A stretch of DNA of 64,000 nucleotides from Octopus bimaculoides (GCF_001194135.2 NC_068982.1:46568000-46631999); one strand, 5' to 3'; counted from the stretch's first letter, positions 22,770 to 36,036 are shown. The notes: generated by a model not told the origin, from the sequence alone. A program made the numbers and translations.

Positions 22770-25700
22770 TCAAAAAAGAAAAGTATGCAACTGGTATCAC
22801 AGTTTTAATTATATTACAATGATATCATTAGCTCAGATGGGTACTTCCAATCTTTTATTTTCAGACAGGGTGTATCCTGTATCATATCATCAATTGCTAA
22901 ATCAAGCAGGTGAGATTATCATGTTAAAATCACCCACTTCCCATTTCATTGTCTGATGGTCAACTCAAGTTTATTAGCTCTCAGGGCTCTCAGCCAAAAT
23001 GAGATAAATTGACTATAGAATGGTTACAAGCTAATGAGGGAACCTTTGTGCCAGATTTACTAGAAATAATAGCTGAATTTCAGTAACATCACACCCTCAA
23101 ATCATCAGATTAGATAAGAGAAGACACATCTGATATACAAAAAGAAAATATGGTCATGGATGGGAAAGCCTTTGATCATGAATCTACTCCCATCATGCTT
23201 GACCTTAGTCAAGCAATAACTATAGAATGGATAAGAACAAATCAGAGTTACTGTGTAAATTGTGTCCTTTTATGTCCCATTTCTCAGTGGTTTGACTATA
23301 GATACTGATGAAATAAATATTGGCTTCAAATTTTGGCACAAGGCCAGCAAGTTCAGGGGAGGGGATAAGTCAGTTGCATCGACCCCATTGCTCAAGTGAT
23401 ACTTATTTTATCAACCCTCAAAAGAATGAAAGGCAAAGTTGACCACAGCAGGGTTTGCACTCAGAACATACAGACGGACAAAATGCCACTAAGTATTTTG
23501 CCTAGTGTGCTAACGATTCTGCCAGCTCGCAGTGTTGAGCTTAAATAAGGTTGGTTTCAAATTTTGGCACAAGGCCAGCAATTCCAGAGAGGGCATAAGC
23601 CTATTACATCGACCCCAGTGCTCAGCTGGTACTTATTTTATCAACCCCAGAAGAATGAAAGGCAAGATTAACCACAGTGGAATTTGAACTCGGAACATAG
23701 AGACGGACAAAATGCCACTAAGCATTTTGCCTGACATGCTAACTGTTCTGCCAATTTGCCACCTGATGAAATAAATGTTAATGTGATCAGCTAAAACTCC
23801 AGCATGGCCACAGCCCAATGACTGAAACCATTAAAAGAAAAAAAGAATTGCTTAAGCTTCTACTTTCCTTAATTTCTTATCTTTCTTGTTTATAGTTTCC
23901 TTTTTCTCTCCTCCTATATTTTTTTGTCCCCTTCCTATTTCATTTACCTTGCTTCCTTCTTCACTAATTCTCTTTTCTCTGCCTTTTCTTTCTCTTCCTC
24001 CTTAGCCGCTGTCCCCTCACTCAATATCGATCTCTTCATTCTCTTGTGCCTCTTGCCACTACCCATCTCAATCATGCTTTTCTTCATATTATCCTGTGTA
24101 TACCTTTTAATCCAAATGAATCCCACCCCCGCCACTGGCTCCTGTGCCGGTGGCACGTAAAAACCACCGTCTGAACGTGGTTGATGCCAGTGCCACCTGA
24201 CTGGCTCCTGTGCCGGTGGCACGTAAAAAGTACCCACTACACTCTTGGAGTGGTTGGCATTAGGAAGGGCATCCAGCTGTAGAAGCCTTACCAGATCAAA
24301 GTGGAGTCTGGTGCAACCTACTGGCTTGCCAGTCCCCAGTCAAACCGTCCAACCCATGCCAGCATGGAAAACGGACGTTAAGTGACGATGATGATGAAGC
24401 AATCCTACCAATGAAGCTGATCAAATAAAGCAATGCATCAGACATTGGGAGATAGATTTAGCTTCAGGAATTGAGGATAATCTATTCTTTACATAAAAAT
24501 CTAATGTAATAATATTACTCACATAAACTCACATTAAACCTAACATTAACCAAGAGACTTCAGTTAATAATAGCCAATTTTACATTGGCACACACGACTA
24601 CTAATTTCTATTGAAGGGGCAAAGTTGATTGATCTAACACTGAATATACATATGTCACAGGTATTATTTTTACTGTTTTCATCATCATCATCATCATTAT
24701 CATCATCGTTTAACATCCATTTTCCATGCTGGTATGGGTTGGATGGTTTGACAGGAGCTGATCAGCCGGAGAGATGTCCAGGCTCTAATTGGCTGTTTTG
24801 ACAAAGTTTCTATGACTGGATGCCCTTCCTAACACCAACCACTTTACATCAGTCTCCTTTTTCCCTCCTATTTTTTTTTATCCCCTTCCCTGTTTCCTTG
24901 CTTCCTTCATCACAAATTCTCTTTCCTCTGCCCTTTCTTTCTCTCCCTCCCCCCTCTCTCTCTTTAGCCGCTGTCCCCACACTCAATATCCATCCCTTCA
25001 TTCTCTCCCACCTCTTGCCACTCATCCATTGGCACAGGTGCATTTACGCAACACCAGCACAAATGCATTTTTCTTTTTGTATTTTTAGAATAATATTCTC
25101 TGCTTGAGTTCTAAACCAAATTTATTAATTGCTTCTTCCTTGTTACTTTGTACGAGTTGATAAAGTCTACGACTATGGACATTTAGACCTTTTGGGTTTT
25201 GTTGTCGTCAATATCATCATCATTTTACCATTCACTTTTGAGGTAACTTTTGTATGGTGGCTCAGTGTTGGAGCAGCGTTTCTCAACCGGGGTTTCCCAG
25301 AACCCTAGGTTTCCGCAAAAGGTTCCTAGGGGTTCCATGAGAAAGAGTGAGATAAGCTAATGCTAATTTAATGATCGTAATATTACTTTACATGCACAAC
25401 ATATTATTGGTTATTGTAATATAGACAATCATTCTATCTAACCTATTATGTTATCAAAAAGATATAACAACCATTGAGTGGTGAGAAGGGATCTTCAGAT
25501 GCTGGGATCAGTTACATTTGTTCTTGTACCATCTGTCTATCTTTCCCTCTATATATATCTCGCTATACTAATAATTAGGTATTCTACCAGTAGTATATTG
25601 GATAGATATTATCCCTTAGTTGGTTGGATTCACAACCTCTAACTCTCTTGGAATATATTTATGTGTGTGTGTGTGCGTGCACAAATCAGTAAACAAACAA

Positions 25701-27704
25701 AAGAGACACTCAACACATTTGGTAAGAGTCATATATATATATATATATATATACATTCTTTTGTTTTTTTTTTTACTTGGTTTCATATGGCGTAAAGTTT
25801 CGTTGGGTACATTGAACTCATCCATCTCATCAGCAATCAGGAGGAGAGTGAGTGATATATATATGTATATATGAAAACACACACACACACACACACACAT
25901 GTATCCCTTCAAAATTTAGCCTCTACTCCTCTTCATTTTTCAGTGTATCATTACCTGATTTCAGTATCTTTTAGGTTTCTCTCTCTCTCTCTCTCATCCT
26001 AAATACAGTTTGCTCACTAACTGTAAAAAGACCCCCTTTGGTCATGAATGACCATGGGATTACAACATGAAATAAAGGATCTTACAACACAACACACATC
26101 CCTGTCTTGGAACCAGACTCACTACCTTGTGATTGTGATCCTGATGCTCTAACCACTGAGCCATGCCCCTTCACCCACTGTACCTCTGTTATTTTGTTGT
26201 ATTATCTCTTAAAGTTCCCTCCTCTGTTGTAAAGTTTTATCTTTACTTTCCATCTCTCCTCTTTTACTAGCACAGTCTCTCTTCCTCTCCCACTCTTGTT
26301 TTGTTTGTTTTTTATTATTATTATCCCTTCCTATATTTTACTGATTGTCTTAAAAGCTGCTGACTGTGAGACAGTACCCACTAATCTCCCACCTGTCTAT
26401 CTATCTACACTACCACTCTTTATGATATTTTCTTTCTCTGTTTTTTTTTTTATCTCATTCACCATAGCTGTTGCTTTCTTCCAGTGTGACAGAGAAAGAA
26501 AAGAACTAAGTTCCACTCACCCTCAAAAAGAAAAAAAAAAAAAATCCACATTCGAATTAGCATTTTGTGTGTATGCGTGTGTTCCTCAAGGAATTCACCT
26601 GTTGTTGATTGCATGAGTTTCCATGGCCTGAAGTTTACATCATTCGAGGGAACTGCGCTAATGTTTCATAGATAAGATTAGTAATATCCATCTAATGAGA
26701 TTGTATTGCGTTCAACACTGCAACTCAGTGGAACACACTTTTCTTACACTTTGGTAGACCATTGTACTCTGTGAGAGTTACGTGCTTTGGTAGTTGTTGT
26801 CATTTATCCTCAAGTTATCCCTTAATAAACAGATGATTAATTTGATAGCTCTGTGATTGCTTTTTAGTGGAGTGTTTCTTTTGCCCCTGTAGTAGTTGTC
26901 GTAGTAGTTGTAGTTGTAGTAATCATTTTAACCGCAATATTAAATTCTGTGGTTATTTCAGTAATGATGTTGCAGGTATGGCTGTGTGGTAAAAATCTTG
27001 CTTCCCAACCACATAGTTCCTGATTCAGTCCCACTGCATGGCACCTTGGACAGGTGTCTTCAACTATAGCTTTAGGCCAACCAAAGACTTGCAAGTAGAT
27101 GGAAACTGAAAGAAGCCTGTTATATTTATATGTGTGTGTGTGTGTGTGTGTGTGTCTTTATCCTTCATCACCACTTGACAACTGCTGTTAGTGTGTTTAA
27201 GTCCCTGTAACCTTGCAGTTCAGCAAAAGAGTCTGATAGAATAAGTACTAGGCTTAAAAAAAATAAATCTAGGGTCAATTTGTTTGGCTAAAACCCTTCA
27301 AGACAGTTTTCCAGCATGGCCACAGTCAAATGGCTGAAACATGTAAAAGATAAGATGACCTACCAAAAGATAGAATTGGTTATTTTCTGCAAGTCATGTT
27401 GCTTCACCAAACTCAACATATTTCTACAGAAAATAGTTTCAAACATGACATTTCTCAACAAAAGATAGATTGCTATGTAAATAAAACTGCTTTCCTACAG
27501 TTAAAGGTAATAAAATTTTTAGTCGATATATCTGCTTTCTGCAGTAAAAGGGTTGATGATGCAACTTTACAAGAAAGACTCATTCCTGCACCACCTCATT
27601 GACTATTCAAGTGACTAGTATGTATCTTACATCACCAGATGTTTACTCCATGTCAGCAACTACCTATGATTATCCAGTTACAATCTGTCCCTTCATATCC
27701 TTAA

Positions 27705-27914
27705 CCTTTTAGCATTCAGATTACTCTGTCAAATGTAATTCACATTATTTTGAATTAATCCAGCGTTATATTGTAGCTCTGAGATTTTTGTGATGTGATT
27801 GTATATTTTTAAAATGACATTGTAGGGTAACTGTAAGAGGCTGGATCTGGTCAGTTTAAACATAAAATTGATAGAATATTTGGACTGGATATGGCCAGTT
27901 TAATTGCTAAAAGA
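27705..27914 (+). mobile_element. Family E MITE
   Basis: TTAA-CCTTTTAGCATTCAGATTACTCTGTC...TTGCTAAAAGA. Confidence 0.7.
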
Positions 27915-28019
27915 TTTACAGCTATTTTGACTTTATGGCTGTCAACTTCAATAGTGAATCCCTCTGAATCCAGTCAAACTAGATCCTGATTCTCATTCAT
28001 TATTCTCATGCAGTTTACC

Positions 28020-28420
28020 TTTCATTGTAACATTTTCATGTCTCTTCCCAATATCAGTGAAGATGTATGTGCCACTATCTTTATGCACTCACCTCTTACC
28101 GACAACATCCTGTTTCATACAAGCATGCGATCTCCTACATCTTATATTTCCAATCCTCTTAATGCAGAACATTGACAAACCTCTTTCAGCTTCTCTCTGA
28201 GCTTCATATAACTGACATCTATCTACCATCTCATCCAGCTACCTAGTATTGTTTCTTGCTTGCACCTTTCGTTCATTCTCTCAAGGCCTGTCTTTTAGCT
28301 TTAATGATTATCTACTATACCACTCCACCACTGTGTCACCTTCCACTCAGTTCTATCCCCAGATCTGATTTGTGGACCACATAAAGTTATCTCCGTTGAA
28401 ACTCCCAGTCGCCTTGTGTT
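28020..28420 (-). mobile_element. Old RTE-clade LINE fragment (region between APE and RT)
   Basis: The minus strand, with frameshifts, reads VTQWWSGIVD..KAKRQA...AQREAE...KQDVVGKR*VHKDSG, resembling TWWWN..V..AI..K..A...DVVGEKC..xDG of RTE ORFs. Confidence 0.5.
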
Positions 28421-29231
28421 GTAGATTTCCATATTCTTCTTGACATACATGTCACCTGGTACTCCTTTGCTTGGCTGAGTGATCTTTCAGCTTTCATAAC
28501 ATTCTTCATCTTGATTGTTTCATGTTTCTTGTGTTCCCCTTTAACTCTGATGTCACCAGTTGATGCTACATAAACTTACTTTAATAGAGACTTGAATATT
28601 CCCAACCATCTGGCTCTTATTTTAGAGTGAATCTGAAGTCTGTCTGGCTAATATGTTCACTTGATTGGTAGGTGCTCAGAAAATTGCAGAGCTATCAGAT
28701 GTTAGTACTGTAAATGGTTAATGTCATTTGCATTGCAGAAACCCCAAAAAGCCTTGATCTTTCTTCATTCCATGTACCAAAGCAAAAACTTGCCCAGAAT
28801 GTTGGAATAATGCAGTCAAAAGTGGAAGCATGCCACTGTAAAGCAAACTTCTTAAACTATGAATTGATTTCATACAAGATATTTATTAAGCTTGACTTGA
28901 AAATAGTTTTAGCGTTATAACTTGTAAAGTGAACAAGCAGGTCTAATAATTAAGCAATCACTATTTCAGTCTAACAAATATCATCAACTCCAGTGCCATC
29001 ATTGGTTGTAAGGTTTAATTATTGATTTATTCATATATTCTATGACATGCTACTTATCTGTGTCCATGTATGTGTATATGCATGTGATTTTTAAAAATTA
29101 TCTTGTATATGTTACAGGTAAGCCATTGTATACATTTGTTTTTAATGTTTGATTATGTCTTTTTACTGTGTATCTATGAGAATGAGTATTTTTAATATTC
29201 TTTGTTTTCTTTTCTTTTTTTCTTTTTCTAG

Positions 29232-29690
29232 CCGAGCCCCACAATACCCGAGTTGATTCCTCCCCCTCCAGTGCCACCCAATCCGGGTAGCTGTGCAAAG
29301 ACCAACACAATCTTTGCACAGAATCCGTTTGATGACCAACCAATACCATCTCTGAACATGCCGAACAAACAAATGATGGCACATGCCCAACCTGTTGGGC
29401 CACCATCCGGCCCCTCTGAGAAGGTCTACCCGCGAAACAAGTCGATGGTCTTTAATCCTGCCAACCCTAATGCCCCGCCCATCTACCCTTGCGGCACCTG
29501 TCATAAAGAGGTTCACGACAGTGACCAGGCCATTCTCTGTGAGAGCGGCTGTAACTTCTGGTTCCATCGCATCTGCACTGGTTTGACAGAGGACGCTTAT
29601 CACCTGCTAAGGGCAGAGGTCTATGCAGAATGGGTCTGCGACAAATGCCTATCGACCAAAAATATCCCACTGGTGAAGATGAAGCCATGA
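29232..29690 (+). CDS. pygo: Pygopus terminal coding exon (NHD NPF motif plus PHD finger)
   Basis: A long pyrimidine tract and TAG acceptor (AG at 29230-29231) are followed by an open phase-0 frame: PSPTIPELIPPPP...FAQNPFDD...KVYPRNKSMVFNPANPNAPPIYPCGTCHKEVHDSDQAILCESGCNFWFHRICTGLTEDAYHLLRAEVYAEWVCDKC...KMKP*. The C4HC3 PHD, the Pygo-type ESGCNFWFHRxC, the protostome-type pre-PHD MVFNPxNPNAPPIYPC and NPFDD are all Pygopus hallmarks. Confidence 0.95.
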   Translation, partial: PSPTIPELIPPPPVPPNPGSCAKTNTIFAQNPFDDQPIPSLNMPNKQMMAHAQPVGPPSGPSEKVYPRNKSMVFNPANPNAPPIYPCGTCHKEVHDSDQAILCESGCNFWFHRICTGLTEDAYHLLRAEVYAEWVCDKCLSTKNIPLVKMKP

Positions 29691-29997
29691 AGCAAGTTTG
29701 CCAGAGGAATAAAACACAACAACAACAACAACTTCATTCTGATTTTTTTTTTTATCTCCAGTAGTACATCACTACACACATATATAAATATATATATATG
29801 TATATGTATATATACACATTTATATATATATTTATATATCTTCATAATCATAACACTGAACAAAAGAACTGTATTAGAATATGATTGCTGCCAAATCAAT
29901 CATTACTAACATCTTCATATATCATGTGTCATTCTACAGACAAATCTTTCCTTTTTAAGTTCTTTTTACATTTTTTTTTTATCTTTTACTTTCTTTG

Positions 29998-30064
29998 AAT
30001 AAATTAAAAGAAAAAAAAAGAGAGACGAACAAACAATAAACACCTCTTGTCAACTAGCAATAAA
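29998..30064 (+). terminator. Cluster of AATAAA polyadenylation signals downstream of the pygo stop
   Basis: AATAAA at 29998, 30035 and 30059, about 310-370 nt after the TGA. Weak evidence in AT-rich DNA. Confidence 0.4.
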
Positions 30065-31498
30065 GAACTAATTGTTTAAAGCCGTCCACTGCATAATAAT
30101 ATCTTCGTGTTAGACAACCTGTATTTTTTCAAGGCATTGCCTTTGATTTGTTCATGACTACTGTGCATTTTTGCTTGACTCTCTTTCTCTCTTTCATTCC
30201 CTCTCTCTTCCTCTTTTTGTCTTCCTCTTCCTCCACTTGATTTAAAACTTATTTAATTTTAGGTTGAAAATTATATTGAACAAAAGTATTCATTCAAGTA
30301 TGTATTTATTTCTATCATATACTTAACACACATACACACACACACACACACATATATGCAACAAGGGCAAATAAAATGGAGAAAAGAATACTCAATATTG
30401 AAACACAAAACAAGGCGGCGAGCTGGCAGAATTAGCACACCAGGCAAAATGCATTTCATTCGCTTTACATTCTGAGTTCAAATTCTGCTGTGTTCAACTT
30501 CGCCTTTCGTCCTTTTTAAGGTCGATAAAATAAGTACCAGTTGAGCATTGGGATCGATGTAATCAACTTACACCCTCCCCTGAAATTGCTGGCGTTGTGC
30601 CAAAATTTGAAATTAAAAGCAAAATGACACATTAGGTTTTATTGAGGCCTGAATAATTTTGCAAGTGTCTCTCCGAATTTCACGTTATTGATTTTATACA
30701 TGTATGTATACACATACATATATATTCACACATGTATATAATAAATACAATCACACAGCCAACAGCCTAACTCTTTTATAATACCCTAGGCATGAAGTGT
30801 ACAGTGTCTGCTTCAAGTTTGTATAGGTGAGAGCTTAGTAGCAGCTCTTATACACATGCATGCCTCACACACACACACACATTCTATGCCTGTTTGTATT
30901 CCCATTTATTACCTTAGACACCCAAAAATATAGTAAATCATTGCTACAATTTTTGTGATTTTTTTTTTAAGGTACTGGATTACAAGGTTCATGTAGCCCT
31001 ACTACAACCCCCAAATTTTTTTCTTGAAGTCTCCTTTCTGGTCAAAACCTTTAAGAGTTGGCTGGAGAAAGGGGTAACCAATTATAATGATAAAATATTT
31101 GTGCCAAAGATTAAGGTATGTAAGTAGCTAAGCTTGCTAAAAACAGAATTCCCTGCCATTAGGGGACAAAAAAAATTTATAAATTGACAAAGAGGGAGAA
31201 AAACAATGGAAATTGTAAGGGAAGGATCTAGAGAAAGAGAAAGGTGTTATTGTACTCCCTACGAAATTCTATGTCTGTCTAGGTTATACTTTCTCTTTGT
31301 GCAGATTCTATGTGCATTTTGATATCACAAGTATGTTGTTGTTGATTGTTGTTGTTTTTTTTTAATTCCTTAAATCTGATGGGTTGTGTTCGAAGCCTTT
31401 TTAAGCCCTCCTAGACTGAAGTTGAAAAACGTGTATGTTTATTGTATGTGAGATGATGATTATCACTTTAAGCTTATCAGTGAATGAAATCAGCCATT

Positions 31499-31540
<42 letters not shown>

Positions 31541-32039
31541 TCTCTCTCTCCCACACACGCAGCTTGATAAAGATCTTCCCCTAATCACTCCATAACTTTC
31601 AGCTTTAGGTACCTAATCTCCTGTTTTTGTTGTGGTTGGAGATATGAAGGGCATCTGATAGTTATATTTTTAGGAGTCATTTGAGAAGTTCAGGCTCTAT
31701 TTTAACATGCTACCCCTCTGTGTACTGGCACATATCAACTACAATCCATGACTTATTCGTTTTACTCATTATATTCAAAGTAGACTTGTTTCCTGGGTTC
31801 CTCTACCTATCACCCAAAGGAAGTGCCATTCAATTGGTGCAACTACACTTGGCAGTCTAGCGTATGTCAGATAGTTATTTCTCTTCTATGTGCATTTGAA
31901 TACTCATGATAACATATGATTTAGTGTTTCATTGCATGTTTGTTTGTGTGTATGTGTGAGCATATGTACATTTTCATATTAATTGAATCTCTTTATTTCA
32001 CCTAATTAATAACACTGGATGTGGATGATGCAGCTGTTC

Positions 32040-32081
<42 letters not shown>

Positions 32082-32551
32082 TATGTTGGTGCAAACTGGT
32101 AAAATAGAACTCTAATATAATCGAATATAAGCCTTTGACTTGTGACTAGCTTGATAAGACCCAATGCATGAAACTCTCAGACCTTGAGTCACTCTGTTAC
32201 TTCTGCTAGATATTANNNNNNNNNNNNNNNNNNNNNNNNNNNNNNNNNNNNNNNNNNNNNNNNNNNNNNNNNNNNNNNNNNNNNNNNNNNNNNNNNNNNN
32301 NNNNNNNNNNNNNNNNNNNNNNNNNNNNNNNNNNNNNNNNNNNNNNNNNNNNNNNNNNNNNNNNNNNNNNNNNNNNNNNNNNNNNNNNNNNNNNNNNNNN
32401 NNNNNNNNNNNNNNNNNNNNNNNNNNNNNNNNNNNNNNNNNNNNNNNNNNNNNNNNNNNNNNNNNNNNNNNNNNNNNNNNNNNNNNNNNNNNNNNNNNNN
32501 NNNNNGCTAGCATGCAAACAAAATTATACATGATATTTGTTGAGTGCTTTC

Positions 32552-32599
<48 letters not shown>

Positions 32600-34421
32600 T
32601 TAACAGACAAAATTCTAAAGCCATGCAGCAATATTAGATTAGCACTGTATCTGATAGACAGTAGCTATATTCATAGGTAGACACTTTCTATACTGATAGC
32701 TTTTCATTGAGGTGGCGGTGCTTCTGTTGCTGATTATGGGAGGCATGAAAGGTGATATATCTTATTTATAACTAATCCAACTGAATGCCAGAATGGTAGT
32801 AATGATAATGATATCAACATATCATGCTGACATGAATTGGATGACTCTGCAATGTCTTACATCAACTTTCTTGATTGGTTGAAATAAATGCTGATGACTA
32901 TTGGTAGTCTGCTGGTGTGAACGACTCATGGGATTCTTCAGGCTGCCATTGTGGCATGTGAATTCCAATATGGTGGCTTGAAGAATTGCCTGAGTCTTTT
33001 GCAAGAGGAAACAGCCAGTAGTTGCCTCTGCTGACTTCAGCTAACCGAAATAAATTAATACTCACAGTATTGAGTACTTTTTCTTTTATTCTTTATTATT
33101 AATGAATGTGTGTATTTACAAGTGTGTATAATTATATATATATACACAGACACACACAGATGCATGCATGGTTGTTTGGTTTAGTAGTTTGCTGCTCAAC
33201 CTCATGATTCTGGGTTCAATCTCACTACATGACACCTTGGGTAAGTGTCTCCTACCTTAGCCCTAGGCTGACCAAATCCTTGTCAGTGAATTTGGTAGAT
33301 GGAAACTGAAAGAAGCTCGTTTATATATATATATATATATATATATCCACACACACACACACNNNNNNNNNNTTTATATATATATATATATATATATATA
33401 TCCACACACACACACACATGTTTGTGTCCTTATTCTAACATCTCGTGTCAACATCATACAAGCAACGTCATTCATTTCCTTTTTTCTTTTTTTTCTTTTT
33501 TTGTGAAAGCATGTCTGGCTAAGGGGAAATATTACCTTGTTTGGAAACAAGTGAGGGTAACAGGAAAGGCATCCAACTGTAGAAAAACTGACAAATTTCA
33601 TCTTACTCATGTAAGTATGAAAAAAGTAGATGTTAAAATGATGACAATGTAACCTGGTGCGGCTCTTGTCAAACTGTCCAACCCATATCAGAAGGGAAAA
33701 TGGATGTTAAATGATGATAATGATGTGTGTGTGATCATCGTATTAATGTGAACTTTTACATACATGGGTGAGGTGGAATTTGTTGAGACAGATTTTCTAC
33801 AGCTGGATGCCTTTCCTGTCACAAACCCTCACCTACATCCAAGCAAGGTTATATTTACCCGTGACCTGACATGTTTTCACAGAAGATTAAGGATATATAT
33901 ACATATATGTATATATACCTAGACGCACACACACATTTGAGTGTAGAAATGGGAGAAAAAGTACTCAATGCATCTAATAGAGTTTATTCATACTGTCAAA
34001 GCTGGGTTCTTTTTTTTAATTTTTTTTTTTTTCACCTGAAGGATCACACAAAGCAGGGAAAGTCTAAGTAGTGACAGAGTTAATCATCAACTTCAAATGA
34101 ATGTGTATGTATGCCATATTTTTTTTTTGTGTGTACGGTATGGATTTACATATGCTAATGCAAATTAAGGTATCTACATACATACACATTACATTTAATA
34201 TATATCATATACACTCATGAATATCTGCATAGATAACAGTCCACACATACACACCTCTTAATCTCTCTTTCTTCTGGTGCTACTAAACAGCTCATCTCTG
34301 TAACCAAAATATATGCAGCATTCTGACAGCATCATTTTCTTACCTAAGTAGTCTCTCTATTATTTACAACACCTACTTACTATAAGTTTTACTCTCAACC
34401 TCTCTCTACAAATACACACAT

Positions 34422-34466
<45 letters not shown>

Positions 34467-34553
34467 AAGAATTAAATATACATGCTCATTTAGATTCTAT
34501 CCAGACAGGAATATCAGAAGATTATTATTGTTATGAATATCATATGATTTGAT

Positions 34554-34627
34554 TGTCTTCTATATCATTCAATTCTGTCTTCTATATCATTCAATTCTGT
34601 CTTCTATATCATTCAATTCTGTCTTCT
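34554..34627. repeat. 22-bp tandem repeat, about 3.3 copies
   Basis: Unit TGTCTTCTATATCATTCAATTC. Confidence 0.9.
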
Positions 34628-35416
34628 GTGTCTAACATTCTGTATGGAATCTGTTGAACATCAACTTATAAATTTGCCAAACTCTGACCTCTTTTCTCAG
34701 TTATATAACACTATAAGGACAAACTCTTTAAACTCTTCTCCTAATATTAACCTCCACACACCATTACATTCTCCCTCTTCTTCCTTCTTTTTCTTCTTCT
34801 TAATTTTCTACTTGGTATTAAACATTATAAGCATGAATTTGTAACAGGAATACAAAACAACTTTATTAACAAGGTCGTCAACCGGCAAGCAGTAGATAGG
34901 TACATACGTGATTCAAATCTCTCATCAGCCTGTCTGCTTTTTCCTTTCTGTCTCAAATTGGTATTCATAATGTCTAATATAACTTCATGTTGAAAATCTT
35001 AGCAGTTATCTCTTTCTCTCTCACACACACACACACACACAATCTGTCTGTTATCATTATAAGTTCTATATTTCAAGATTTTTTTTCTCTTATTCTTCTC
35101 CTTTTAGTATCATCTATTTCTTTCTCCTTTCAAGATGTTAACTCTGTTCTTCTGACTTATTTGAAGGAATTCTTGCCTCTAAATCTCTAGAGAGTGTGTA
35201 TGTGTATGTATTATCAAATATATATATATAAACATAAGACTTAGAAATTCCCTATTCACAAAAAAAAAAAACAAGAATTCAGTATGGACAATGTAATAAT
35301 TAGAGTATGTAAAATGTATTATAGTTTATTTTTACAAGTTGTAACATGTTTCAGCTTCAGCAGAGAGAATGAAGATATAAAAGAGAGATAAATGAATTGC
35401 AACTTATAAGAATAAA

Positions 35417-35450
<34 letters not shown>

Positions 35451-35693
35451 TGTATGCTTTTATCTATTTGTTTTGCAAGATTCCTGATGTGAAATTGTGT
35501 GTTCAAACAGGTATTGGTATATATCGAGATGGTTATTTTTTAGAATTCTTTTGCCAAATTAACACATACACCATATATTCATTCTTCACTTCAGCTTTAT
35601 TGTTAATACTGTTCTATATTTTGCAGATGAGGAATTCTGTACATTATTTACAATGGACGGATAGGTGTCCTCACCTTGTTTGTTGCTATCATG

Positions 35694-35791
35694 TTTCAGC
35701 TGATGTACTCTCCAGCCTTCATCAGATGTTCCGGTGGAATTTTGAGCCCACCAGAACACCTGATGAAGGCTGGAGAGTACATCAGCTGAAA
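35694..35791. ncRNA. Inverted pair of hammerhead-like motifs forming a 44-bp hairpin
   Basis: Perfect 32-bp inverted repeat (35694-35725 / 35760-35791) extended by a 10/12 match around a 10-nt loop. Each arm reads CTGATGA-AGGCTG-loop-CAGCT-GAAA. Confidence 0.55.
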
Positions 35792-35807
35792 TGTTGTGAG
35801 GACAGCT

Positions 35808-36036
35808 TTATTGTTGTTCTTATTTTAGTGTTCTTTTGTCTTAAATTTTTCATCACACATCCTGTGACCTCTTCAGCAACTCTCCTCCCACGTCTTCTCC
35901 TGTCCTATTTAGTCCAGAAAAAAGACAGAATGGACTAAACAGGACAGTGGGGGAGACACTTGGGATGGAAAATCGATGAAGAGGTCACAGGATGTATGAC
36001 GAAAGATTTAAGACAAAGGAATAAGAACAATAATAA
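35808..36036. repeat. Second imperfect inverted repeat (arms about 110 bp) carrying a different hammerhead-like core in each arm
   Basis: 19-bp perfect IR (35857-35875 / 35977-35995), 16/17 inner IR (35900-35916 / 35931-35947), plus outer matches. The minus arm reads CTGAAGA-GGTCAC-AGGATGT-GTGAT-GAAA and the plus arm ATGAAGA-GGTCAC-AGGATGT-ATGAC-GAAA. Confidence 0.65.

Noticed and set aside
29098-29899. Overlapping antisense and alternative-frame ORFs around 29100-29900
   Set aside because: Shadows of the GC-richer Pygopus exon, with no independent evidence.
34554-34627. CRISPR-like array (22-bp repeats; also the 200-bp units at 56171)
   Set aside because: The repeats are contiguous with no unique spacers, there are no cas genes, and the context is eukaryotic.
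35550-35640. Minus-strand exon candidate (SINNKAEVKNEYM)
   Set aside because: Its acceptor region appears to be the downstream part of the hammerhead-bearing repeat arm, and the phase links were not convincing.
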